From a virus, in the IMG/VR virus record IMGVR_UViG_3300035698_008781, positions 14,806-78,805 of that record: DNA of 64,000 nt; one strand, written 5' to 3'. Position 1 is the first letter of the stretch; every line of letters begins with the position of its first letter. A model generated the notes under the pieces. It was not told the origin of the DNA. It saw only the letters and a list, made by a program, of their open reading frames with translations, and made no database searches. Made by a program: the position numbers and the translations under genes. Positions 26,028-36,293 of this stretch are shown here, in pieces.

Positions 26028-27890
26028 ATGGAGTTAGATAAAAAGATTTTAAGTGATATTACAGTACATACTAAATACTCGAAGTATTTACCTAAATTAG
26101 AAAGACGAGAAACATGGGATGAGCTTGTAACTAGAAATATGCAAATGCATATAGAAAAACATCCTGAACAAATTAAAGATATTACAGAAATATATAAAAA
26201 TTTTGTATATAACAAAAAAGTTTTACCTTCAATGCGTTCATTGCAATTTGGTGGTAAAGCTATTGAATTGAATAATGCAAGAATTTATAATTGTGCATTT
26301 TTACCAATTGATGATAATCGTAGTTTTAGTGAAACTATGTTTTTATTATTAGGAGGTACAGGTGTAGGATATAGTGTTCAAAATCATCATATTGATAAAT
26401 TACCTGAAATTAGAAAACCTGATTATAAGAAAAATAAGAAGTATGTAGTTCAGGATAGTATCATAGGATGGGCAGATGCTATTAAAATATTAATGAAGTC
26501 ATATACTGGAACAGTACGTCAACATGTAAATTTTGATTTATCAGATATTAGACCTAAAGGTGCATTATTAGTAACTGCTGGAGGTAAAGCACCAGGACCA
26601 GAACCTTTAAGAATAGCTTTAGTTAAAATTGAAGCAATACTTAGAGAAAAAGAAGATGGTTCTAAATTAACAGATATTGAGTGTCATGATATTCAATGTC
26701 ATATTGCAGATGCTGTTCTTGCAGGGGGTATCAGACGTGCTGCCATGATAAGTTTATTTGATTTAGATAGTGATGTAATGTTGAATTGTAAAGCAGGTAA
26801 TTGGTGGGAAAATAATCCACAAAGAGGTAGAGCTAATAACTCTGTTACTTTATTACGTCATAAAATTGATAAGAAAACTTTTGATAAAGTTTGGGAAAGA
26901 ATTGAAGCATCAGGAAGTGGTGAACCAGGTATCTATCTTACAAATGATAGAGATTGGGGAACTAATCCATGTTGTGAAATTGCATTAAGACCTTATCAAT
27001 TTTGTAATCTTGTTGAAATTAATATGTCTAATATTGAATCACAAGAGGATTTAGATGCTAGAGCATCAGCAGCGTCATTTATAGCTACATTACAAGCAAG
27101 TTATACAGATTTTCACTATATTAGAGATATATGGAGAAAAAATACTGAAAAAGATGCTTTATTAGGTGTGTCTATGACAGGTATAGCTGCAGATAGTAAT
27201 CTTGAATTGAATTTTGAACAAGCTTCAAATATTGTTAAATCTACTAATAAAAAATTAGCTGAACAAATAGGTATTAGAGTTGCAGCTAGAACAACAGCTG
27301 TTAAACCTGCTGGAACTACATCATTAGTTGTAGGTTCATCATCAGGTATTCATGCTTGGCATAATGATTACTATATTCGTAGAATGAGGATTAATAAAAA
27401 TGAATCATTATATCAATATTTAGCAATTCATCATCCTGAATTATTAGAAGATGAATATTTTAGTCCTGATACAACTGCTGTAATTTCAGTACCACAAAAA
27501 GCACCTGAAGGAGCTATTACAAGACATGAAACTACATTGGATTTACTTGAAAGAGTAAAACTTATTTCTAGAGATTGGGTTAAGACAGGACATATTAAAG
27601 GTGAAAATACACATAATGTATCTTGTACTGTATCTGTAAGACCTGATGAATGGAAAATTATAGGTGAATGGATGTGGGCTAATAAGGAATATTATAATGG
27701 ATTATCTGTATTACCTTATAATGGTGGTACTTATAAACAAATGCCTTTTTCTGATTGTACAAAAGAAACATATGATGAGATGGTTAAACATTTACATAAT
27801 ATAGACATTACAAAAGTTATTGAAATGCAAGATGATACTAACCTTAGTGATAATATAGCTTGCGGACCAGATGGATGTGAAATTAAATAA
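26028..27890 (+). CDS. nrdJ: class II (B12-dependent) ribonucleotide reductase
   Basis: YNCAF, GGIRRAA, TNPCCEI, FCNL, VKPAGT, C-terminal CGPDGC; no NrdB partner seen. Confidence 0.9.
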   Translation: MELDKKILSDITVHTKYSKYLPKLERRETWDELVTRNMQMHIEKHPEQIKDITEIYKNFVYNKKVLPSMRSLQFGGKAIELNNARIYNCAFLPIDDNRSFSETMFLLLGGTGVGYSVQNHHIDKLPEIRKPDYKKNKKYVVQDSIIGWADAIKILMKSYTGTVRQHVNFDLSDIRPKGALLVTAGGKAPGPEPLRIALVKIEAILREKEDGSKLTDIECHDIQCHIADAVLAGGIRRAAMISLFDLDSDVMLNCKAGNWWENNPQRGRANNSVTLLRHKIDKKTFDKVWERIEASGSGEPGIYLTNDRDWGTNPCCEIALRPYQFCNLVEINMSNIESQEDLDARASAASFIATLQASYTDFHYIRDIWRKNTEKDALLGVSMTGIAADSNLELNFEQASNIVKSTNKKLAEQIGIRVAARTTAVKPAGTTSLVVGSSSGIHAWHNDYYIRRMRINKNESLYQYLAIHHPELLEDEYFSPDTTAVISVPQKAPEGAITRHETTLDLLERVKLISRDWVKTGHIKGENTHNVSCTVSVRPDEWKIIGEWMWANKEYYNGLSVLPYNGGTYKQMPFSDCTKETYDEMVKHLHNIDITKVIEMQDDTNLSDNIACGPDGCEIK

Positions 27891-27896
27891 TTAAGT

Positions 27897-28271
27897 ATGA
27901 TAAACAGTAAATCAATAAGAAGTAATATAGGATATAAAGGTATATTCTTTGATAGAAATAATGGTAAATTTGAAGTTTAAGTTATAAATAAAAGTACTAC
28001 TCGCAAAATAACTAAAGATAAAGGAGGTCAGACATTACAGTTTATTCACAAAGAACCTAATGAAAGTAATGAATTAATTACTATTTCAGATGGTACTACA
28101 AATGAAGAAGTTTTAGAAGTCCTCATTGACAGAATGAATTATTTAAATTCTAAATTTCCTTGTCTTGAAAATGAATTAGCAATAAATCATCTTGATTTTG
28201 CGTTATTTCAATTAAATGAAAGAACCAGAAAAAGAATGGAAAGAAATGTTGAAGGAAAACATTTAAAATAA
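27897..28271 (+). pseudogene. Tad1-like anti-defence ORF behind an in-frame TAA (27978-27980)
   Basis: 27981-28271 reads ...QTLQFIHKEP...DGTTNEEVLEVLIDRMNYLNSKFPCLENELAINHLDFALFQLNERTRKRMERNVEGKHLK*. Confidence 0.65.
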
Positions 28272-28437
28272 ATTAACCAAAGTGTGAAAAAAGGTTTATA
28301 GTAACACAATTTAAGACACCTCAGAAACCTTGAGAGACCCGAAATATAAGGAAATATAACATTTTAAAGGTAGAACCTTTAGTTAAATATTCAAATATAG
28401 TGAAGCTGTAAGGTGTCTTTTTAATAAAAAAAACAAT

Positions 28438-28626
28438 ATGATATCAGATTGTAAAAACTTACAACCAAAAATTGAATCAGTTTTTGATGGTTTATTCCAG
28501 GTGAAACAAGTTGCAGCTTTAAATTACTTAATCGATTTAGCCAACAAAGTAGATACAGTATTTGGAAAAAAATATCCAGAAATAGAAATTCATAAAGATA
28601 ATCCTACTAATTTATATATACCATAA
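28438..28626 (+). CDS. hypothetical protein
   Basis: 62-aa ORF. Confidence 0.5.
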   Translation: MISDCKNLQPKIESVFDGLFQVKQVAALNYLIDLANKVDTVFGKKYPEIEIHKDNPTNLYIP

Positions 28627-28739
28627 AATGTTTAATAAAATTTTAACAAAAACTGAATTTTATTTATTTTTTAATGGTAAATTAATATATAAAAATGGTT
28701 AAATAATAATAGAAGTAAAATATTTCAAGATTATAAAAT

Positions 28740-29540
28740 ATGGAAGTAAAAAATAAAAGTAGAACATTAGTAATAGGTGATATTCACGGTAATCATAAAG
28801 GTTTACTACAAGCTTTAGAGAGAAGTAATTTTGATTATAAAAATGACACACTAATTTCATTAGGAGATGTTGTAGATGGTCATGAAGAAAGCTTTGAAGT
28901 AGTTGAAACATTATTAGGTATTCCTAATTTAATAGCAATTAAAGGTAATCACGATGATTGGTTTAATATATGGTTAGAAACAGGAGTGAATCCTAGTAAT
29001 TGGCAACAAGGTCAGAAAGCTACAGGATTGAGTTATTTAGAAAAATCTAGACCAGGTCAAACTTGGTGGGATCTAAAATCAAAAAGTCCTATATTAATGG
29101 AAGCTATTAAAACTAATGACATTCCAGACAATCATATTGAATTTTTTAAAAATCAAAAACACTATTATATAGATGAACAAAATAGATTATTTGTTCATGG
29201 AGGATTTAATAGACATTATCCATTAGAAGAACAAGGGGATATTCTATGGTGGGACAGAGATTTATGGAGTCAAGCATTAAGTTATGAAGGAATGACTAGA
29301 GGACCTTTAGATAAAAAACCTGGATTTAAAATGTTAGGTGACTACAAAGAAGTGTTTATAGGTCATACATCTACTCAATTTTGGAATGTAAATACACCAA
29401 TGAAAGCTGCTAATATCTATAATTTAGATACAGGTGGAGGATGGATTGGTTATATTACAATAATGGATGTTGATACAAAAGAATATTGGCAATCAGATGA
29501 TGCAAAAACTTTGTATCCAGAATTTAAAGGAAGAAACTAA
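28740..29540 (+). CDS. calcineurin-like metallophosphoesterase (lambda phosphatase-like)
   Basis: GDIHG, GDVVD, GNHD, VHGG, GHT, LDTG. Confidence 0.92.
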   Translation: MEVKNKSRTLVIGDIHGNHKGLLQALERSNFDYKNDTLISLGDVVDGHEESFEVVETLLGIPNLIAIKGNHDDWFNIWLETGVNPSNWQQGQKATGLSYLEKSRPGQTWWDLKSKSPILMEAIKTNDIPDNHIEFFKNQKHYYIDEQNRLFVHGGFNRHYPLEEQGDILWWDRDLWSQALSYEGMTRGPLDKKPGFKMLGDYKEVFIGHTSTQFWNVNTPMKAANIYNLDTGGGWIGYITIMDVDTKEYWQSDDAKTLYPEFKGRN

Positions 29541-29554
29541 AAAAAAGTAAGAAT

Positions 29555-30319
29555 ATGTTATTACCACAAAAGAAAGTGAGTGCAAGTAGAAAAAATCCAA
29601 AAAAATTAATTATATTTAGTAAACCTAAGTCTGGGAAGACAAGTAGTTTAGCTGAATTAGAAGATAATTTTATTGTAGATTTAGAAGGAGGTTCTGAATA
29701 TGTGGATGCATTAAAGGTTAATGTACCTAAAACAGCTGAAGAAAATGGTGAATCACCGTTAGAAGTTGTTAAACAAATTGTTAAAGAATTAAACGAAGTT
29801 AAAAACAAAACTGGTAAAAATCCATATAAAAGAATTACATTAGATACTATTACAGTATTAGAAGAATTAATTCTTCCAATGGCAGCTGACATGTATAGAG
29901 CAACTCCTATGGGTTCATCATGGGCTGGTAGCGATGTAAGAAAATTACCTAATGGAGCAGGTTATGCTTATACTAGAGATGCCTTTTTCTTTGTAGTTAA
30001 TCAATTTGAAAGAGTTTGTGATACATTAATTTTAGTAGGTCACGTTAAACGTAAAAGTATCTCAATAGGAGATGGTGAAATTGATGAAAAATCATTACAT
30101 TTAACAGGTCAAACACCTACGATGGTTTCAGCTGATGCTGATGCTATTGCATATCTTTATAGAGAAGATAACCAAACTATATTAGATTTTGAACCATCAT
30201 CAAGCGTAATTGCTGGTGCAAGATGTGAACATCTTAGAGGTAAAAAAATAGTAGTTGCTGAAAGTAATGAAGAAGGTAAAGTTGTTGTAGATTGGAGCAA
30301 AGTCTTTATTAAAGAATAA
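29555..30319 (+). CDS. AAA_24/Sak4-like ATPase (recombination)
   Basis: SKPKSGKT, VDLEGG, TLDT, LVGH. Confidence 0.8.
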   Translation: MLLPQKKVSASRKNPKKLIIFSKPKSGKTSSLAELEDNFIVDLEGGSEYVDALKVNVPKTAEENGESPLEVVKQIVKELNEVKNKTGKNPYKRITLDTITVLEELILPMAADMYRATPMGSSWAGSDVRKLPNGAGYAYTRDAFFFVVNQFERVCDTLILVGHVKRKSISIGDGEIDEKSLHLTGQTPTMVSADADAIAYLYREDNQTILDFEPSSSVIAGARCEHLRGKKIVVAESNEEGKVVVDWSKVFIKE

Positions 30320-30384
30320 TTAAATGGTTAGACTTCCATTTAAAAAGTCAATTTTAAACAATAATAAATATAAAAATCAAAAGT

Positions 30385-30984
30385 ATGTTTCAATTCGGAA
30401 AAGATCAAGTAAATGAAGGTGGAAATGGTGTTGCAATTTTTAATGATGGTAACGCAGGTAGAGTAACTAATGTAACTTTAGAAGTTAAAAAGAAAGATGT
30501 TGATTATCAAGATGAAGGTAAAAATAAACCTGATTATCAGGTAGTATATACTGATTCAAATGGTTCTTCTACAAATGAAGGATTTTATTACTTGAATGAA
30601 GCTAAACATAATTCTCAATACACAACATTTGAGAAAGCTGTTGAAAAACAATGGAATAAAATGGCAGCAATTGTTATTGCAGCTGATGGTGATCCTACAA
30701 TTAATGCTTCTACACCAGTAGAAATGTTAGATCAAATGGCAATTAAAGTGAAAACTGACGTAGTTGGTAAATCATTCAATGTTCTTACCAATTATGGTAC
30801 AACTTCTTCACCAAAGAAGTATTTACAAATTAGATCTTGGACTCCATTTATTGAGTCAGCAAGTGTATCTGCAGAAAATACTAAACTTAAACCAGGTAAT
30901 TTAGACCAATTAGATAGATTAGTACCAGATGCTAATACTGGTGGTGGTGCTTCTACAGAAGGTACAATGCCAGGATGGGTATAA
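30385..30984 (+). CDS. putative single-stranded DNA-binding protein
   Basis: Follows the Sak4-like gene; flexible tail ending in an aromatic residue; own terminator. Confidence 0.5.
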   Translation: MFQFGKDQVNEGGNGVAIFNDGNAGRVTNVTLEVKKKDVDYQDEGKNKPDYQVVYTDSNGSSTNEGFYYLNEAKHNSQYTTFEKAVEKQWNKMAAIVIAADGDPTINASTPVEMLDQMAIKVKTDVVGKSFNVLTNYGTTSSPKKYLQIRSWTPFIESASVSAENTKLKPGNLDQLDRLVPDANTGGGASTEGTMPGWV

Positions 30985-30997
30985 TATTAAATATAAG

Positions 30998-31023
30998 AAG
31001 AGGGTGTAAAAACCCTCTTTTTT
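30998..31023 (+). terminator. intrinsic terminator
   Basis: AAGAGGGT/ACCCTCTT followed by a T run. Confidence 0.8.
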
Positions 31024-31323
31024 ATTAAATTAAAAAAATATGATTATATATATAATTTTTGCAATAATTAATTATATTATTTGTAAAGTTCTTAGAAATA
31101 GAATTAATTCAAATAAAATTGAAGAAATTAATTATTTACTACTAAAACAAATATTAATATCAAAATTAAAACAGAATGTCTAAAAAAATAATAAAACAAA
31201 CTAATAAAGAAATTAAACAAATTTTAAAAACTTTAGATAATTTGGATATAAAAAATAAAAAACCTATTGATTTTTTAAAGACAATTCCTATAAATGAATT
31301 TAGGTTAAATGGTAAAGTAAGAT

Positions 31324-32358
31324 ATGTACAATTTTAAAGTAAAGACATTTATAAGTGAAGAATCTATATTACATCATGTATCAGATTATGATATTTTTAG
31401 ATATTATATAGGTGATTTCAAAATAGGTAAATCTTTCAATTCACCATTAAGAAAAGATAGTCATGCATCGTTTAACATAGGTTATAACCCTGTGACTAAT
31501 AGATTGTATTGTAATGATTATATATTAGGTGGTGGGAACTTTATAACGTTTGTTATACATAAATTCAACTTATCTTATAGAGAAGCGTGTAATAAAATAG
31601 TTATTGATTTAAATTTAGAAGATCACTTTTATCTATTTAATGTAGAAAAAATAATTGTTAAAGAAAATAAACAATTCGTAAAAAGCAATGATGGTGATAT
31701 TAAAAAGTTTAAAGAAGAAACTAAGTTATCAGCTAAATTAAGAAACTGGGAACAATATGATTATGAATTTTGGAAACAATTTAATGTTTCAAAAGAAATG
31801 TTAAAATTTTACAACGTTCATCCTGCAGAGTATTCAATGATTGGTGATAAAATTTTTAAATTAGATAAATATGCGTATGTATTTATTGAAAATAAAGATA
31901 ATGATAGAACATTAACTATTTATCAACCTTATAGTAATATTCAAAAATGGACAAAAAATCATGATGCATCTGTATGGTATGGTTGGGATCAACTTCCTGA
32001 TAGAGCTGAAAAATTAATAATAACTAAATCAAGAAAAGATATAATGTCAATTCTTGAAACAACAGGTATACCTTCAACAGGTTTACAAAATGAAAAGATT
32101 ATACCTAAAGAACATGTATTACAAGAATTAAAAAATAGATTTGGATTAATATATGTACTTTATGATAATGATTTTGATAAACCAGTAAATTGGGGAAGAG
32201 AATTTGGTGAAAAATTTTCTAATGAATGTAATATATTTCAAATAGAAATACCAGATGAATATCAATCAAAAGACTTCAGTGATTTAATAGTAAATCATGG
32301 TGTAGAAAAAGCAAAAAATGTGTTATTAAAATTAGTAGATGACGCATTACCATTTTAA
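31324..32358 (+). CDS. DNA primase (Toprim, crAss type)
   Basis: SPLRKDSHASF, IITKSRKD, LYDND, KDFSD. Confidence 0.82.
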   Translation: MYNFKVKTFISEESILHHVSDYDIFRYYIGDFKIGKSFNSPLRKDSHASFNIGYNPVTNRLYCNDYILGGGNFITFVIHKFNLSYREACNKIVIDLNLEDHFYLFNVEKIIVKENKQFVKSNDGDIKKFKEETKLSAKLRNWEQYDYEFWKQFNVSKEMLKFYNVHPAEYSMIGDKIFKLDKYAYVFIENKDNDRTLTIYQPYSNIQKWTKNHDASVWYGWDQLPDRAEKLIITKSRKDIMSILETTGIPSTGLQNEKIIPKEHVLQELKNRFGLIYVLYDNDFDKPVNWGREFGEKFSNECNIFQIEIPDEYQSKDFSDLIVNHGVEKAKNVLLKLVDDALPF

Positions 32359-32752
32359 AAAGAAAACAATGAGTAAAAACAAACAAGAGTACTATTTTGT
32401 ATATGGTACATTAAAAAGAGGACATGGTAATTGTCAAAGAGTATTTGGTAATTCTTTAACTGCAGAATTTGTAGAAGAAGCTATTACAGAACCTAAGTTT
32501 AATTTATATAATTTAGGACCTTTTCCTGGAGTAACTGAAAATGGTACAACAGCTATTCATGGTGAAATATGGTCTGTTTCAGATGATGAAACTAAACAAA
32601 GATTAGATAGTTTAGAAGGTTATAATTCTTCATCACCTAAAAGTGGATTATATAACAAAAATACAATTTTAGTAAACAATAAAAATGTAAATATCTATTT
32701 AATTAATAGAGAAATTAGTAAAAACAAATTAGAAAACGGAAAATGGAATTAA
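32339..32752 (+). CDS. gamma-glutamylcyclotransferase (AIG2-like)
   Basis: FVYGTLKRG, GEIW, LDSLEG. Confidence 0.88.
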   Translation: MTHYHFKKKTMSKNKQEYYFVYGTLKRGHGNCQRVFGNSLTAEFVEEAITEPKFNLYNLGPFPGVTENGTTAIHGEIWSVSDDETKQRLDSLEGYNSSSPKSGLYNKNTILVNNKNVNIYLINREISKNKLENGKWN

Positions 32753-33783
32753 TTAAAGTAAGAGACATAGATTTAATTCATGATAAAAAAGAATTTAAAT
32801 GGGATACAGCTGAAGCATATACTACAATTATTTATTATGGGGATCAAAGAAAATGTTCTTCAAGAAGAAATATTTATGATAATGAATACTGTGGATTAGG
32901 TTGTTGCACGTCAGCAGCTGATCAAATATATGGTTCTAATATAAATATAGGTGAATTTATGATAGTAAAATATAAGTTATCATCATTACCTTCTACGTAT
33001 CGTGAATTATCTTTCATTAAAAAATGGATTAAATTTATAAATGATACATTTAGTTTTGCTAAATTAGAAATAGTAGGTTATAATGGTAAAGAAACTAAAT
33101 CTGAAAATAGTAGATTAGCTTTACATAATTATTCTTTAGAAGTAAGTGATAATGCTGTTTATATTTTAATAAATAAAACTTTCTTACAGACTGGTAATAG
33201 AAACTATAAAAATTTATTACTTTTATCTTTAGTTAGATATTTAAGTAATTCTGAATATATAATGTTACCTTATGATATTTTAAGATTAAGAAAATTAAAA
33301 TCTTTAAGTCATTTATCAAATTGGGATGTAATGAATATTGCAAGAATGGCATGTACTTTCAATACAGGACCTCATGATTATTCTAAATCATTTCCATATT
33401 TAAGAGATTATAGATCACCAATGTATAATTCTTTAATAAATCTATATGTATATAATAATTTAAATGATGTTACTTTAAAATTGTCACAAGGTTATATGCA
33501 AAATAAATCAGTAAAAAAATATGATAAAAAAGGAAATTGTATGCTTATAAAAATTTCACCTTTATATTTAATGCATTTATTTCAAAACAAACAATATTTA
33601 AAAATTTATAATTTACTTAATGATGAAAAATATTATACTAATGATGCTGAAAATTATTATAGATATGTAGCATTAGTTCATGGGATTAATAATTATAACG
33701 ATTTATCTGATAGTTATGACTTTTTCAATAGAATAAATAAAACTTTTAATTATAAAGAATATGCGAAAAAATATATTAAATAA
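32743..33783 (+). CDS. hypothetical protein in the amidoligase cluster
   Basis: 346-aa ORF overlapping its neighbours. Confidence 0.7.
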   Translation: MELIKVRDIDLIHDKKEFKWDTAEAYTTIIYYGDQRKCSSRRNIYDNEYCGLGCCTSAADQIYGSNINIGEFMIVKYKLSSLPSTYRELSFIKKWIKFINDTFSFAKLEIVGYNGKETKSENSRLALHNYSLEVSDNAVYILINKTFLQTGNRNYKNLLLLSLVRYLSNSEYIMLPYDILRLRKLKSLSHLSNWDVMNIARMACTFNTGPHDYSKSFPYLRDYRSPMYNSLINLYVYNNLNDVTLKLSQGYMQNKSVKKYDKKGNCMLIKISPLYLMHLFQNKQYLKIYNLLNDEKYYTNDAENYYRYVALVHGINNYNDLSDSYDFFNRINKTFNYKEYAKKYIK

Positions 33784-34537
33784 TATAACAATAGGTTCTG
33801 ATTTAGAATTATTTATAAAAAGTAAAGAAACTGGTAAATTATCATCAGCTATTGGTATGTTTGGTGGTACAAAAGAAGAACCTAGATATATAGGTGAAGG
33901 ATGTTATGTTCAAGAAGATAATATTTTATTAGAAGCTAATATACCTCCTGTCACAACATTTAATGATTTTCATAAAAGTATTGAATATATCAAGAACTAT
34001 GTTACTGAAAATTATCCAGATGTTGAATTATTATATACATCAAGTGAAAAACCAAGTTTAATGTTATTATCAGATGATAAAGCTAGAGAGTTTGGTTGTG
34101 ATCCTGTATTAATAATTGACTATAACGAAGATGGAGATGTTGTACCAGATATGGATTTTGAATTGGGAATTGAAAATAAAAAAAATTCTAATTTAAGAAC
34201 AGGTGGTTTTCATATACACTTTGGTTATGAAGAACCTAACATTGAAACAAGTAGAGAAATAGTTAAACTTTTTGAAAAAAATGTAACACTACCTTTATTA
34301 AAATTTGATGTAGATAAACATAATAGAAGACAAAGTTATGGTAAAGCTGGTGAATATAGAATAAAACCATATGGTTTAGAATGTAGATCTTTAGGAAGTG
34401 CTTTACTTAAAGATGAAAATACTTTGAAAATGGTTTGGGATGGTGTTCAAAAAACAATATCTGAATTTAATCAAGGTGAAAGAGTATCAAAGCAAGAATT
34501 TGAAATAATAAAAGAATTAATTAACACACATAAATAA
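33761..34537 (+). CDS. phiEco32-like COOH-NH2 ligase type 2
   Basis: TIGSDLELF, QEDNILLEAN, FGCDP, RTGGFHIHFG, RRQSYGKAGEYRIKPYGLECR. Confidence 0.85.
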   Translation: MRKNILNNITIGSDLELFIKSKETGKLSSAIGMFGGTKEEPRYIGEGCYVQEDNILLEANIPPVTTFNDFHKSIEYIKNYVTENYPDVELLYTSSEKPSLMLLSDDKAREFGCDPVLIIDYNEDGDVVPDMDFELGIENKKNSNLRTGGFHIHFGYEEPNIETSREIVKLFEKNVTLPLLKFDVDKHNRRQSYGKAGEYRIKPYGLECRSLGSALLKDENTLKMVWDGVQKTISEFNQGERVSKQEFEIIKELINTHK

Positions 34538-34545
34538 AAACAATA

Positions 34546-36291
34546 ATGTTTATAACAATAATAATAATTTTAGCAATTTTACAAATAGGGTTTAATTTTT
34601 TATTTAAACCTAAATATAATAGGTTGAACTGCGGACTTTTTGGAGCAGCAGCTGACGATATTAACAAAATTAATATTAACAAAATAAAAATTCTTGGTAT
34701 CTTCAATGATACTAGAGGAGGTCATTCATGTGGTTTATCTATTGATGGTGACATAATGATTGGTACATATAAAGAAAAATTATTTAAAGATTTTATTGTA
34801 GATAATTTCATTGGTTCACCATTAGAGATACCAGTTGTAATAGGTCATACTAGATATGCAACAAGTGGTAGTCATAATGATGTTAATGCTCATCCTTTTG
34901 GATTTGGTAATTATGGCGATCATAATGATTATTTTAGATTTATAGGTGCACATAATGGATCTTTAGTTAATCATAAAGAATTAGCTCAAGTGTATGATGT
35001 TTCTTTAACAGAACCTGCATCTACTAAATATAATGCTAAAATGACAAGAGATAAAATTGATTCAGAAGTATTATTAGAAATAATTTATAGAAATGGATTT
35101 AAAGTTTTAGAACAGTATGATGGTGCTGCCGCATTATCTTTTTATGATACAAAAGAACCAAATGTAATATATTTATATCATGGTAAATCAAATCTTAATA
35201 AAAATGTTACTTTTGAAACAGAAGAAAGACCTTTATATTATTATCAAGATAGTGAAAATATATTTTATTATTCATCTATTAAAGATTCGTTAGAAGCAAT
35301 TAATGATACAGATGGTGAAATTAAAGAATTTGAACATAATAAAGTATATAAAATTACAAATGGTAATGTAAAAGAAGCTGTTAAATTTAAAATTAATAGA
35401 TCTAAATGTGTCCAAAAACATACTACTTATAACTCAATAACAACTATTGATTATACTAATAAAAAATGGGATCAAGATTTAAAAAAATGGGTTGAGAAAG
35501 ATTCTAAAAAAGAAGAAGTTAAGAAAATTGAAGAAGCTAAATTAGATTTAAATGATTTAGTTAACCATAAACTTGATTTTGAGAAAAATAAGTTGGTAGA
35601 ACAGGAAGTTTACTATGAAAATTTAAGATTTTTCAAAAATAAAAATTTATTAGAGGGTATTTGGGTAATAGATGAAGATGGTAAATTAAGATTTGTTTGT
35701 CATTCTGATTCAATGTTAGATAAAATTTACGAAGATGATACTACTATTAAAAAAGTAGATGGTGATCCAATATTTTTCTATTTTTATAGAGGAATAATGT
35801 TAAGAAGTCAAAAAGACTATGAACCAGTTAAATCATATGGCAACAGTCTAGGTTTACCTACAGATATTAATAAATTAAGTCATGTGAGTGTATATCCTAT
35901 TAGATCTGAAAGTTATGTTGATAGTTTATCTTTTTTCAGAGGTTCTATTGCGAATTTAAGTTTTACTAATTTATTTACTAATAATTTAATTACTTTGAAT
36001 AATGGTAAATGTACTTCAATACGTAGAAAAGAGCAATCTTTTAGTGATAATAAAAAATTCTACTTACCTGAAGATATTCAATTGATTGAAGATATAATGA
36101 ACCCTAAAGAAAAAGGTGTTGAAACTGATGAAGTTAAAGTTAATGATATATATTCAGAAAATATCTTAGCAACCGTTGATTATTGCATAGATGATGTAGA
36201 TGATTCAATTGATGAAATTGGTGTTCAATCTAAATTTAAAACAAAATTAGAGCTTATAAAAGAGTTCGTTATTAATACATTAAAATTATAA
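34546..36291 (+). CDS. class II (Ntn) glutamine amidotransferase
   Basis: CGLFG, RGGHSCG, GHTRYAT, NAHPF, HNG, DSE. Confidence 0.88.
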   Translation: MFITIIIILAILQIGFNFLFKPKYNRLNCGLFGAAADDINKININKIKILGIFNDTRGGHSCGLSIDGDIMIGTYKEKLFKDFIVDNFIGSPLEIPVVIGHTRYATSGSHNDVNAHPFGFGNYGDHNDYFRFIGAHNGSLVNHKELAQVYDVSLTEPASTKYNAKMTRDKIDSEVLLEIIYRNGFKVLEQYDGAAALSFYDTKEPNVIYLYHGKSNLNKNVTFETEERPLYYYQDSENIFYYSSIKDSLEAINDTDGEIKEFEHNKVYKITNGNVKEAVKFKINRSKCVQKHTTYNSITTIDYTNKKWDQDLKKWVEKDSKKEEVKKIEEAKLDLNDLVNHKLDFEKNKLVEQEVYYENLRFFKNKNLLEGIWVIDEDGKLRFVCHSDSMLDKIYEDDTTIKKVDGDPIFFYFYRGIMLRSQKDYEPVKSYGNSLGLPTDINKLSHVSVYPIRSESYVDSLSFFRGSIANLSFTNLFTNNLITLNNGKCTSIRRKEQSFSDNKKFYLPEDIQLIEDIMNPKEKGVETDEVKVNDIYSENILATVDYCIDDVDDSIDEIGVQSKFKTKLELIKEFVINTLKL

Positions 36292-36293
36292 AT

